DNA from: a virus
UHGV virus genome: UHGV-0479438
Length of the DNA: 43,765 nt
Reading direction: 5' to 3' (one strand)
Shown here: in pieces, positions 26,087 through 34,574 of the stretch
Position numbering within the stretch: the stretch's first letter is position 1
Layout of the letters: every line of letters begins with the position of its first letter
Program-made: the position numbers and the translations under genes
The notes under the pieces: generated by a model
What the model was told of the DNA's origin: nothing
Database searches by the model: none
The model's input: the letters and a program-made list of their open reading frames with translations, nothing else

Positions 26087-26846
26087 CATTTTCTATACAA
26101 TTGTAGGGTGGCTGAATTTCCCGGATAAATCCACACCATTAGGAAAGCGAAATCTCAGACATATGGATAGTGGAATCCTGCAATGCGCCCAACATATTTT
26201 ATCACTGTCACAAGATAAGGCAGAGTTATCCGAAGTGAATACCATGGTACAGGATGTTACGTTGGATGTAAATACTGGTATTCTTACGGTAAAGTTAAAA
26301 AATGGCACGACAAAAACATATGATTTAGCGATTGAAAAGGTCGTTGTGAATTTTCATATCACAGATGATAATGAACTTGTACTTGAGCTTGCAGATGGGA
26401 CAGAAAAGATTATTGACTTAACCAGGCTTGTATATTCTGTTGACAGTACAGCAACAATCTCCATGAAAATCAGTGACAGAACAATTACTGCAGAGGTTGT
26501 GGACGGGTCAATTACATTATCAAAGTTGGAACAGTCTGTCATGACCACTATCAGACAATATATGCTTGATGCGCAAACCGCGGCAACATCTTCGGAACAA
26601 TATTATATCGCATCAAAAAGCTGGGCGGTGGGTGGAACATCAAGCCGTGATAATGAAGATATTGACAATAGTAAATGGTATAGTGAAAAGGCAAAAACAG
26701 AAGCTGATAGAGCAGCATCATTTTCTGAACTAACATTCCCAGAATTTTTCCTTGATAATGGTACTGGACATTTAATATGTAAGCAAGGAAAAAATGTAAC
26801 GTTTTTGATAGATTCAAATAATCATGTAATTGCAGAGGTGGCATAA
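26073..26846 (+). CDS. tail-associated hypothetical protein
   Basis: Synteny within the tail fibre block. Confidence 0.45.
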   Translation: MRLDSIFYTIVGWLNFPDKSTPLGKRNLRHMDSGILQCAQHILSLSQDKAELSEVNTMVQDVTLDVNTGILTVKLKNGTTKTYDLAIEKVVVNFHITDDNELVLELADGTEKIIDLTRLVYSVDSTATISMKISDRTITAEVVDGSITLSKLEQSVMTTIRQYMLDAQTAATSSEQYYIASKSWAVGGTSSRDNEDIDNSKWYSEKAKTEADRAASFSELTFPEFFLDNGTGHLICKQGKNVTFLIDSNNHVIAEVA

Positions 26847-27550
26847 TGGCAACAACAGATTTGGGGAAATGGATGATAACAAATGGTGGCGAATATAATC
26901 CTGACACCACTTATGAACAACTTACAATGGTTTTATACCAAAATAGTACATACATTACCCTTCACACAGTTACGGGTATAATACCTAATAATGATAAGAT
27001 AAATTACATATTAATGGCACAGGGATTTAGTGCCAATGCGTTAGCAGATGTTGTTGCAAAGGATACTTATGGAGTAATTGGAGATGTAAGCGGGGATGTA
27101 TCTGCGCAAAATTTGGTTGATTATCTTACAAATGAAGTTGTCAATAATTTGCTTAAAAAGACTTCTATTTCAACCGTTCAAACAAATTCTGATAACACTG
27201 TTCCGTCATCCTCGTTGGCCTATGCAATGAAGCAAGAAATCACAAAAAACAAAGAGGATATTGCTACTGCAAATAGCAATTTAGCCGATAAACTGCTTAT
27301 TAAAAACACTACGCTCTGGTCTGGCAAAAATTATGCCGACGATTATAGAGCTGAGTCTATGATATTTTATTGCAATCCCGTTCAGGGGAATCTGACCGCC
27401 TATAATTTCCCGGTAAATGAGACCGGTGTTTTTAAAAGCATTGTGTGTAATCAATTTGTCTCTCAGACATACATTACAATTAATAATGCACTATACCAGC
27501 GCATCGCGGCCGATAACTCATCACCATTTAGCGCTTGGGAACTTAAATGA
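26846..27550 (+). CDS. tail fibre-like hypothetical protein
   Basis: Synteny. ATGG overlap with the previous gene. Confidence 0.45.
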   Translation: MATTDLGKWMITNGGEYNPDTTYEQLTMVLYQNSTYITLHTVTGIIPNNDKINYILMAQGFSANALADVVAKDTYGVIGDVSGDVSAQNLVDYLTNEVVNNLLKKTSISTVQTNSDNTVPSSSLAYAMKQEITKNKEDIATANSNLADKLLIKNTTLWSGKNYADDYRAESMIFYCNPVQGNLTAYNFPVNETGVFKSIVCNQFVSQTYITINNALYQRIAADNSSPFSAWELK

Positions 27551-27590
27551 TTATTTGCTATATAAAAAACATATCCACGAAAGGAGTCAA

Positions 27591-28004
27591 ATGAACCAAT
27601 TAAAATTATCAAACAACACAAAATACGACTTAATAACAAACGGGGTGGAAGAATCAGGCGATTACCTAACCCTGTCGTTTCTTCCCGGCCTAGACAGTTT
27701 TGAAACGGTAGAATCAGAATTCAGTCCTTTACATACAGGAAAAATTTACATACTTGGTTTGGACGGTCAGCCGATGGAAGTGAAAACCGGGTTTACTCAA
27801 CTGTCAGAGATTAAAAAGAAAAAAGATTATGTCATATCTTCCGAAACAGTAAATGCCGGCACCGATGAAGAGCCAAATTATGAAACCAATGAAGTGAAGG
27901 ATACCATTATGGTTGCTAAACTTCGTAGGCCGGATATACGGGATACAGTGCAGACCTTGCAAGATACCGTGGATGCAATGATTTTAAGTCAGTTGGAGGT
28001 GTAA
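27591..28004 (+). CDS. hypothetical protein
   Basis: In frame with track ORF 27417..28004. ATG follows AAAGGAGTCAA. Confidence 0.45.
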   Translation: MNQLKLSNNTKYDLITNGVEESGDYLTLSFLPGLDSFETVESEFSPLHTGKIYILGLDGQPMEVKTGFTQLSEIKKKKDYVISSETVNAGTDEEPNYETNEVKDTIMVAKLRRPDIRDTVQTLQDTVDAMILSQLEV

Positions 28005-28005
28005 A

Positions 28006-28131
28006 ATGTATACAACATTAAAAAGGCTATATAACAATGGTAAAGGGCCATTAACGCTTTCCGAACTCAACCGGGCCGTGTCAATTGGATGGATTACAGA
28101 CCAGCAGAAAAACAGCATAATTGGAGGATGA
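28006..28131 (+). CDS. XkdX-family small protein
   Basis: 41 aa MYTTLKRLYNNGKG...AVSIGWITDQQKNSI. Typical XkdX signature and position before the lysis gene. RBS GGAGGTG. Confidence 0.45.
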   Translation: MYTTLKRLYNNGKGPLTLSELNRAVSIGWITDQQKNSIIGG

Positions 28132-28133
28132 TT

Positions 28134-28874
28134 ATGAGAGATATCACATTGTGCCATCCACGCTTACAGCTTTTAGCAGGTCAATTGGTGGACGAATGCA
28201 ATAAACAGGGATTAAAAATTAAAATAGGTGAGACACTGCGGACCGTGGCAGAACAGGATGCTTTATACGCTCAGGGTAGGACTAAACCGGGTAACATTGT
28301 AACTAATGCTCCTGGCAGCAGCTACAGCTCCTATCATCAGTGGGGAACGGCTTTTGATATATTCCGCAATGATGGCGCTGGAGCTTATAACGAAATAGGC
28401 GGCTTCTTTAACCGTGTGGGTGCTATTGGCGTATCTATCGGTCTTGAATGGGGAGGAAACTGGAAGTCTCCTGTGGACAAGCCACATTTTCAACTTCCTG
28501 ATTGGGGCAGCTCTACTAGTGGTATCAAGAAATTGTACCAAAATCCAGAACAATTCATGAAAACCTGGACTGAGCAGGAGCGCACTGGCTGGATTAAGGA
28601 TAATAACGGCTGGTGGTACCGCAGACCAGATGGAACTTACCCGGCTAATAAGTGGTGTATCATAAATCACCATTGGTACCTATTTAACAAAGACGGGTAT
28701 GCTTGCACTAGCTGGCACCGCTGGAATGGCAGTGTGTGCGACCCAGAGGACGGCTCAGGTGACTGGTACTATTTCGACCCAACATCAGATGGTCCGCTGG
28801 AGGGGGCCTGCTGGCATAGTCAGGAAAATGGTTCGCAGGGAATCTGGTACATAGAGGATTCCGATTCAATATAA
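28134..28874 (+). CDS. endolysin: M15-type L-Ala-D-Glu/VanY-like peptidase plus C-terminal cell-wall-binding repeats
   Basis: N-terminal HPRLQLL...HQWGTAFD...DKPHFQLPDW zinc-peptidase motifs. GW/WYY repeats (GWIKDNNGWWYRRPDG, HHWYLFNKDGY). RBS GGAGGATGATT. Confidence 0.75.
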   Translation: MRDITLCHPRLQLLAGQLVDECNKQGLKIKIGETLRTVAEQDALYAQGRTKPGNIVTNAPGSSYSSYHQWGTAFDIFRNDGAGAYNEIGGFFNRVGAIGVSIGLEWGGNWKSPVDKPHFQLPDWGSSTSGIKKLYQNPEQFMKTWTEQERTGWIKDNNGWWYRRPDGTYPANKWCIINHHWYLFNKDGYACTSWHRWNGSVCDPEDGSGDWYYFDPTSDGPLEGACWHSQENGSQGIWYIEDSDSI

Positions 28875-28927
28875 AAGCGCCAGAACCTAACTCTGACGCT
28901 TCCATATAATATACCATCTTCGGAAAT

Positions 28928-28949
28928 ATGCAACACGAAATGCAACACG
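28928..28949 (+). repeat. two direct ATGCAACACG repeats (site A)
   Basis: 28928-28937 and 28940-28949, same orientation. Confidence 0.6.
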
Positions 28950-29012
28950 GAGCCTACAAACCGCATAAAACCGTTGTATTTTACGGGTCCGATTCCCGTC
29001 AGCAGCTTTTCC

Positions 29013-29062
29013 ATAAAACCTTGTAGATACGGGAAAAACAACGTATTTACAAGGTTTTTTCA
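29013..29062. terminator. bidirectional terminator between the convergent endolysin and integrase genes
   Basis: About 15-bp stem AAAACCTTGTAGATAC / GTATTTACAAGGTTTT with one mismatch. T-run on the + side and an A-run on the 5' side. Confidence 0.55.
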
Positions 29063-29123
29063 TGTTTTTAAACATTACTTCCTCTGCCTATCACGGAGGA
29101 TTATATTATATTTTTTATGATAT

Positions 29124-29143
29124 ATGCAACACGATGCAACACG
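29124..29143 (+). repeat. two tandem ATGCAACACG repeats (site B)
   Basis: 29124-29133 and 29134-29143, 18 nt beyond the integrase stop. Confidence 0.6.
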
Positions 29144-29160
29144 AAAAATATGCTGTTTTA

Positions 29161-30246
29161 TTACATACTGTTCAATTTCTCAAAGTGCTTATTAATTTTT
29201 TTATTTTGCCGGACGGTTTCAGAGTCAATTGCATTTCTGTATACGGTTTTCATGATATTATCGCTGGCCCATCCTCCCCGCTGCAAAATATATTGGTCTG
29301 GTATCCCTATGGCGTGCATAATGGATGCAGCATAATGCCGTAGGTCATGGAACCGGAAGTGGGGTATATCAATTTTTTTGAGTACACGTCCGAATCGGTG
29401 TGTGATGTAATCCGGGTTCATATCAACCAGTTTTCCTTTTTTTTCAGATATCCGGTCAATTACAAATGCTGGCATTTCTACGTCCCGCGTACTATCATCC
29501 GTTTTAGGCTGTTTGATGTACCATTGATTATCTGGCCCTTTGACCATATTGTCTCTTACATGGATTATCTTTCCGTCCACGTTCTTGTCGGTTAGGGCGC
29601 TTATTTCTCCGCGCCTGAGTGGTCCAAAGGCTGCTAGTAAAACAGCTATTTCTAAATCAGTACCTTTGATTGCCTCCAGCAGCTTTTTAATATCATTGTC
29701 ATTGGGGCAATATAAGTCAGGACGTTTTTTTTGAGGCAGCTTAACGTTTAAAGTTAATTCGGGTGCAAACATTTCCAGTGTTGGAGATAACAGACCATAG
29801 GCATTTCTTACCGTCTTTGGAGATAGTTTTTTTGCAGCTAAATTACTTACCCATATTTGCACAGATGGACTTGTCAGTTCAGAAAGCTTTTTTTGGCCAA
29901 ATGCTCCGCCGAAATACTGTCTTTGCAGACCAGTGTACCCTCTAAGCGTAGAAGGGCTTAAAACACCTCTCTTGGCGCTTAAATAGCGTTCAATAGCATC
30001 ATTGACTGTAATATCTTCTTCCTCTTCCGGTACGTTGTATTGTTCTATGGGCTTATCTTTCATGTCTAATTTCCATCTGGTAGCCATTTCCCTTGCTTCC
30101 TTGCGTGATGGAGCAACAAAGCTTTTGTAATGCCGCTTGCCTTTATCATCTGTATACAGATACACTTGCACTCGGACATTTCCAGACGGCAGTACTCCTT
30201 TTTTCTTTTTCGGGGCTTTTGTAGTCATTTCTCTTTCCTCCTTCAA
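29161..30246 (-). CDS. int: tyrosine integrase (phage integrase family)
   Basis: LLAAFGPLRRGEISAL (box I), FRFHDLRHYAAS (box II), GWASDNIMKTVYRNA (catalytic Tyr). 361 aa. Confidence 0.85.
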   Translation of the reverse strand: MKEEREMTTKAPKKKKGVLPSGNVRVQVYLYTDDKGKRHYKSFVAPSRKEAREMATRWKLDMKDKPIEQYNVPEEEEDITVNDAIERYLSAKRGVLSPSTLRGYTGLQRQYFGGAFGQKKLSELTSPSVQIWVSNLAAKKLSPKTVRNAYGLLSPTLEMFAPELTLNVKLPQKKRPDLYCPNDNDIKKLLEAIKGTDLEIAVLLAAFGPLRRGEISALTDKNVDGKIIHVRDNMVKGPDNQWYIKQPKTDDSTRDVEMPAFVIDRISEKKGKLVDMNPDYITHRFGRVLKKIDIPHFRFHDLRHYAASIMHAIGIPDQYILQRGGWASDNIMKTVYRNAIDSETVRQNKKINKHFEKLNSM

Positions 30247-30399
30247 TTGATTTCCCTAAAAATAGGTATAAAAAATACAGCTCCGCAAATATCTTGCAAA
30301 GCCGCCCCGAAGATGGTACAATATAGGTGCGAATTATAGTGCATATCTTCGGGTATGTAGGCCGGTTCCTGTTGGCGCAGGGGCCGGTTTATTTTGTTA

Positions 30400-30428
30400 T
30401 TGAAAATTTTCTATGTTTGATATATAAT
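30400..30428 (+). promoter_or_regulatory. sigma-A-type promoter TTGAAA-17-TATAAT
   Basis: Hexamers at 30400-30405 and 30423-30428 with 17-nt spacing. Faces the terminator at 30487. Confidence 0.4.
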
Positions 30429-30486
30429 ATACTTAACAAGAGAACCGATGACTAGCTGAAACCTAGCCACCCCGGTATATGTAAAA

Positions 30487-30526
30487 AATAACGCCTTACT
30501 TTACCAGAGCGAGGGCGTTATTTTTT
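30487..30526. terminator. bidirectional terminator (AATAACGCC...GGCGTTATT flanked by A-run and T-run)
   Basis: 9-bp perfect stem with an 18-nt loop. A6 on the 5' side and T6 on the 3' side. Confidence 0.5.
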
Positions 30527-30841
30527 ATGCTTAACAAGAGTTATGACTGCTACGAGCATGATAACAAATGTAAATAAGTCATTAAAAGTAACGTACATAA
30601 GCACCAGCCCCTTTCTCTTAAGAGTAGGTGGCTAGAATAGCGCCCCATCGGTTCCCAGGGTAAGTATATTATATTATATTATCAAAGTTCTTTGTGATTA
30701 GGAAACACGGGCGTGCCTGATTACTCGTATCCTGATATGTACTTTCCTGGAAAAAACGCCCAGCGCAATTTTGCTCTCGGCTAATTGCCCTACATACCTT
30801 TTGATATTACGCAATGTGTCCCATGTCGAAACATAAGTTAA

Positions 30842-31207
30842 TTAATAGATTATAGGAAAGCCATTTGAATCCGTAAGGGTTCCGGTTATTTTTAATTTGA
30901 ACAAGTCAATTAGTATACCAATATAACATAGGCCAATGGTAAATGTAAATAAAAGTCCCTTTTTGAAATTTCCAATGTAAAACTGATATAATCCAGAACA
31001 TAAAATGGGAATAAGTGATAATCCTATAATAAAATCACTTTTCGCCATTCCTCCAATCAAAGCCAGTGGAATAGCAATAAATGGTATTGACATAAGTTTA
31101 ATAACTACCTTTTTCTTTTTTGGGCTGGCTACTGTATTTATTCCCTTTAAACCTTCTTTGATTCCTGCCCCTAAATCCTTCCCATATTCCGTTGCATCAA
31201 TTTTCAT
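30842..31207 (-). CDS. TM2-domain small membrane protein
   Basis: Two transmembrane segments. C-terminal GLLFTFTIGLCYIGILIDLFKL resembles the TM2 signature. Confidence 0.5.
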   Translation of the reverse strand: MKIDATEYGKDLGAGIKEGLKGINTVASPKKKKVVIKLMSIPFIAIPLALIGGMAKSDFIIGLSLIPILCSGLYQFYIGNFKKGLLFTFTIGLCYIGILIDLFKLKITGTLTDSNGFPIIY

Positions 31208-31253
31208 ATTCGTTTGCTTCTCCTTTGCATTTTATTAAAACGCCTGGGGCGAA

Positions 31254-32345
31254 TTAATCTATTTTGATGTGTATTCCCTGTTTTTTTGCTTCTTCAACTA
31301 TTTTGATGAAATTTTTACTTTTTGAGTTTTTCATTCTCATATAACCATTAAATGATTTTGGAGCAATTTCAGGAATAGCGTATTTTATACGATAGTATGT
31401 TTTTTCGTCATTACTTATATAAGGACGATTATTAAATTCATTCTTCTTTTTTAACTCTAAATAATTTTTTCTTTCTAAGTCGTTCCTATCATCCTCTATA
31501 AATGGACGATTGCTTATTGTGATTGCATCAAGTTCTTCTCCCCGATAGTCTATAGTGTTATAATCAGGAAAATAGAATGGTCTAGCCATAGTATGGCACT
31601 CGTCACAGACTTTTCCAGTCTTTTTTACAAATTCAGGTAACTTAGGAAAACGTTTATCCCGTCCAGAAATGCAATACACCCTTCCATGATATGTTGCACA
31701 TTTTGAACAACAAGCACCATCATAAAAAATCTCAAGATAATCTATTTTGAAAAGCTTACATTGATTCAAGTCATGAAAAAATAATTTTTGAGATAATGTG
31801 TCATAAGGATAAGCTTGTTTTCTTTGGATTTCTTTATAAATTTTATGAATACGTTTCTCTTCTTCTTCGGATTCCTCAAAACGGCCTTCCCTCAATAAGT
31901 CTTTTGCAAAATATAAATAAGTCTTTTCATCGTATGATATCCCAGAGGCTTGCATTAAGTCAATAGCTTTGCGATAACATTCATCGGATTCTGAAACAAG
32001 CCCTTTTTTTCTTAAATTTCCGGCTTTCATTCTCATAACATAATCAAGAGAGCCTGTTACTCCATATCCTGCCATTACATCGAAAAGTCCAAATTTTGGT
32101 ACAACTATTCTCCGCAAGTCCTCTACATTTTCCAAATCATACATCACACCATCAGAAACAAGGTATTTTGCATCATACCAACCATTTTCATCTGTTGGAT
32201 AGACCTTATACATCATACCATTATTAAAATAAATAGTCTTTCCATTTGGGATAGTATTGTCATTAGAAAGTCCTTGATTATGTTCTTTTATTGACCGAGT
32301 ACTTTCCAATTTAAATTTGTCTAATAATGCATCGAAAATATTCAT
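31254..32345 (-). CDS. hypothetical 363-aa protein with Cys/His zinc-binding cluster
   Basis: CCSKCATYHGRVYC...CDECH motif. No recognisable enzymatic domain. Lies in the repressor operon. Confidence 0.55.
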   Translation of the reverse strand: MNIFDALLDKFKLESTRSIKEHNQGLSNDNTIPNGKTIYFNNGMMYKVYPTDENGWYDAKYLVSDGVMYDLENVEDLRRIVVPKFGLFDVMAGYGVTGSLDYVMRMKAGNLRKKGLVSESDECYRKAIDLMQASGISYDEKTYLYFAKDLLREGRFEESEEEEKRIHKIYKEIQRKQAYPYDTLSQKLFFHDLNQCKLFKIDYLEIFYDGACCSKCATYHGRVYCISGRDKRFPKLPEFVKKTGKVCDECHTMARPFYFPDYNTIDYRGEELDAITISNRPFIEDDRNDLERKNYLELKKKNEFNNRPYISNDEKTYYRIKYAIPEIAPKSFNGYMRMKNSKSKNFIKIVEEAKKQGIHIKID

Positions 32346-32366
32346 CCATGTGCCTCCAATCCATTT

Positions 32367-32837
32367 TCAAAATCGCACATTTGATTCAATATTCTGTTTA
32401 AAATCAAAAAGTTTTTCTTTGTATCCTGTTAGACTAGCAAGCTGTTCTTTGTTTAACCCTGGATTTTCAACAATAATTTTATCTGATATTAATAGTTCAG
32501 CAGCAAATATATTGGCCTCTTTCTCCGGTTTGGCAAGATTAAATAAAGTACCACCAAAAAACATGCATTCACTTCCTTTATGTAATATTCCATGACCAAC
32601 TTCGTGAGCTAAGACTATATCAATGTATTTTTTATCTGTTATTTTTGAATTAATACATATGCATGGTACTCCTTTATACTCGATGTAGTAACCTGAATAT
32701 TTCCCCAAGTCATTTTTTTGTATAATCATGTCTAAATAGTCTGCAATTTCAAATGGATTTCTGGTATTGTATTTTTCGACCAGTTTCAAAACGGTATCTT
32801 TAATAATCTCCAAATTGCTACTCTCCAAAGCCATCAT
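32367..32837 (-). CDS. ImmA/IrrE-family metallopeptidase
   Basis: HEXXH zinc motif within DIVLAHEVGHGILH. Size and position immediately downstream of the XRE repressor gene. Confidence 0.7.
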   Translation of the reverse strand: MMALESSNLEIIKDTVLKLVEKYNTRNPFEIADYLDMIIQKNDLGKYSGYYIEYKGVPCICINSKITDKKYIDIVLAHEVGHGILHKGSECMFFGGTLFNLAKPEKEANIFAAELLISDKIIVENPGLNKEQLASLTGYKEKLFDFKQNIESNVRF

Positions 32838-33240
32838 GCTTTTTTTTGATAATAGCTGCCCTGCAAAGTGATAATAGCGAGTCTCTTAATAATTTGTCCT
32901 CATCTTCATCCCCTGAATAATCCTCTCCATTAAACCTCAGGACAACTGTTTCTTTGTTCCTTATGCGGTCCATAATTTTGTCAACATCAGTAATAACATT
33001 AAGCTCTTCTGATTCAGAAAGAGTGGGCTTCTTTGCTTCTGGGGCTTCCTCCTTCCCAGTCATTAGATAGTCAATAGTGACTCCAAAGTAATTTGCAATT
33101 ATTCTTCCTATTTCTGGCCCCACAAGCGAATGCTTTTTTTTCCAAGTGTAGATTGTTGATTGGGATACGCCTGTGTCTTTACAGAATTTATAAGCCGTTA
33201 TCCCAAACTTTTTCAGAAGTAGTTCAAAAACTTCGTACAT
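32818..33240 (-). CDS. XRE-family HTH repressor (cI-like)
   Basis: N-terminal HTH (LLKKFGITAYKFCKDTGVSQSTIYTWKK). Overlaps the ImmA start. Divergent from the early promoter. Confidence 0.7.
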   Translation of the reverse strand: MYEVFELLLKKFGITAYKFCKDTGVSQSTIYTWKKKHSLVGPEIGRIIANYFGVTIDYLMTGKEEAPEAKKPTLSESEELNVITDVDKIMDRIRNKETVVLRFNGEDYSGDEDEDKLLRDSLLSLCRAAIIKKKHDGFGE

Positions 33241-33256
33241 TGTTACCCCTTTCTTT

Positions 33257-33271
33257 GTATTTTAAAAATAC
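33257..33271. promoter_or_regulatory. perfect 15-bp palindrome GTATTTTAAAAATAC (operator candidate)
   Basis: Seen directly. Lies 17 nt upstream of the repressor start codon. Confidence 0.4.
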
Positions 33272-33296
33272 ATCGAAAAAACACAATAAAAAAGTA

Positions 33297-33325
33297 TTGA
33301 CTACCTCGGTGTATAGTGGTATAGT
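33297..33325 (+). promoter_or_regulatory. rightward early promoter TTGACT-17-TATAGT
   Basis: Consensus-like hexamers with 17-nt spacing. Overlapped by the palindrome GTATAGTATATCTATAC. Confidence 0.45.
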
Positions 33326-33335
33326 ATATCTATAC
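33319..33335. promoter_or_regulatory. 17-bp palindrome GTATAG-TATAT-CTATAC overlapping the -10 (operator candidate)
   Basis: Arms are exact reverse complements. Shares a GTAT...ATAC frame with the 33257 palindrome. Confidence 0.4.
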
Positions 33336-33527
33336 AGCGGTAGAACGATGTAAAATCAATGCCATTGTATTGGTTTAGTGATGTACCTCGTCTGGTAAAC
33401 TTAGTATATCACTAAACCGAAGTAAACGCAAGTATTATTTAGGAGGTGAGGCTAATATTCAAAAAAATTATTGAGCATTACAGGAATATGAGCAGAGAAC
33501 AGCGGAAAGAGTGCATACAAACCTCGG

Positions 33528-33854
33528 TCATAGCTGCTGTGACAACCATTGTAATACGTTTATTACTATATTGGTTAGGATGGTCACAATTATAGGACAA
33601 AGTACAGAATCAAACCTATGTTCCGAATGATAATTGATGTACTCATATCCAATGCTATGAACTCTGTAGTATTCCGTAGGACGTGGGCGTCCGTTTTCGG
33701 TTAGGATGTTTTCAATTAAAGATTTTTTGACGAGAACTTTGTAATGCTTGTGAGAATCTATATCAATTATACGAACCCGTTTTCTGATTCTGATATGGGT
33801 CAATGCAATTTTATCGCAAAAAGAAATATGAATTGTACTTACATCAATAGCCAT
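33528..33854 (-). CDS. doubtful hypothetical protein
   Basis: ORF antisense to the presumed early transcript. No clear RBS. Confidence 0.3.
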   Translation of the reverse strand: MAIDVSTIHISFCDKIALTHIRIRKRVRIIDIDSHKHYKVLVKKSLIENILTENGRPRPTEYYRVHSIGYEYINYHSEHRFDSVLCPIIVTILTNIVINVLQWLSQQL

Positions 33855-33922
33855 ATGGTAAACCTCGTTTTTATCTGATTATATGGCTAAACCATGCAAA
33901 ACGCAAGAAAGGAAGTGATAAA

Positions 33923-34105
33923 TTGTCGAAAATGTATACCTGCGAACAGGTAGCTGATAGATACGCTGTACAGGTCATTACTGTATGGGATTGGATTCGA
34001 AAAAAGAAACTATCAGCAATCAAGATTGGTAGGGAGTACCGTATAAGTGAAGATGATATAAAAGCGTTTGAGGATTCCAGGCGTACTACCAACAGTATTT
34101 CTTAG
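33923..34105 (+). CDS. excisionase-like HTH (MerR/Xis-type) DNA-binding protein
   Basis: YTCEQVADRYAVQVITVWDWIRKKKLSAIKIGREYRI matches the HTH_17/excisionase pattern. Confidence 0.5.
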   Translation: MSKMYTCEQVADRYAVQVITVWDWIRKKKLSAIKIGREYRISEDDIKAFEDSRRTTNSIS

Positions 34106-34113
34106 AATAGGAG

Positions 34114-34296
34114 GTGAGTAGATTGGAAAAAACAAATATATCAAAAATTATTGAATCTCTTTCTGGATTAAAACACCATGAGTGGAAGTCGATTGAATCG
34201 GCGGTAAATCGTGAATTTGACGCCATGTCAAACCGACTTGAACTCACGGATGTATCGAAGATTCAGAAAATGGTTCTCAACGAAATTATTCATTGA
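34114..34296 (+). CDS. hypothetical small protein
   Basis: RBS AGGAGGTGAG. Confidence 0.3.
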   Translation: MSRLEKTNISKIIESLSGLKHHEWKSIESAVNREFDAMSNRLELTDVSKIQKMVLNEIIH

Positions 34297-34480
34297 CAAT
34301 CTGAATCATTGACGGATGGATTCGATAAGTTTTTTCTTGATAAAAGATATTTACATGGTCATATTTACATAAATCTTGAACTTGCTCTTTGAAATATGTA
34401 ATTGGCTCTGTTTCATCTATGAGTCCATCTGATGTGATGTCAGTCCAGTTTCCTAAAAGATTAGCATAAATGCGGTGCAT
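34286..34480 (-). CDS. doubtful small ORF
   Basis: ORF track only. Confidence 0.2.
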   Translation of the reverse strand: MHRIYANLLGNWTDITSDGLIDETEPITYFKEQVQDLCKYDHVNIFYQEKTYRIHPSMIQIVNE

Positions 34481-34574
34481 AAAATCACTCCTTTCTATGT
34501 ACTCGGCGCGGCAACGCCTGTATATACAGTATAGGACAGGGGGAGAAAAAAGACAAGCAAGGAGGACTCATAAA

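Noticed and set aside
28928-29143. Possible CRISPR-like array from the ATGCAACACG repeats
   Set aside because: There are only two pairs of 10-nt repeats with no regular spacers and no cas genes. Their position next to int fits integrase or regulator binding sites instead.
33240-33440. A LexA/Cheo box (GAAC-N4-GTTC) in the switch region
   Set aside because: GAACGATGT at about 33341 is only a half-match. No full SOS box was found by eye. Regulation here is more likely through the ImmA/XRE pair.
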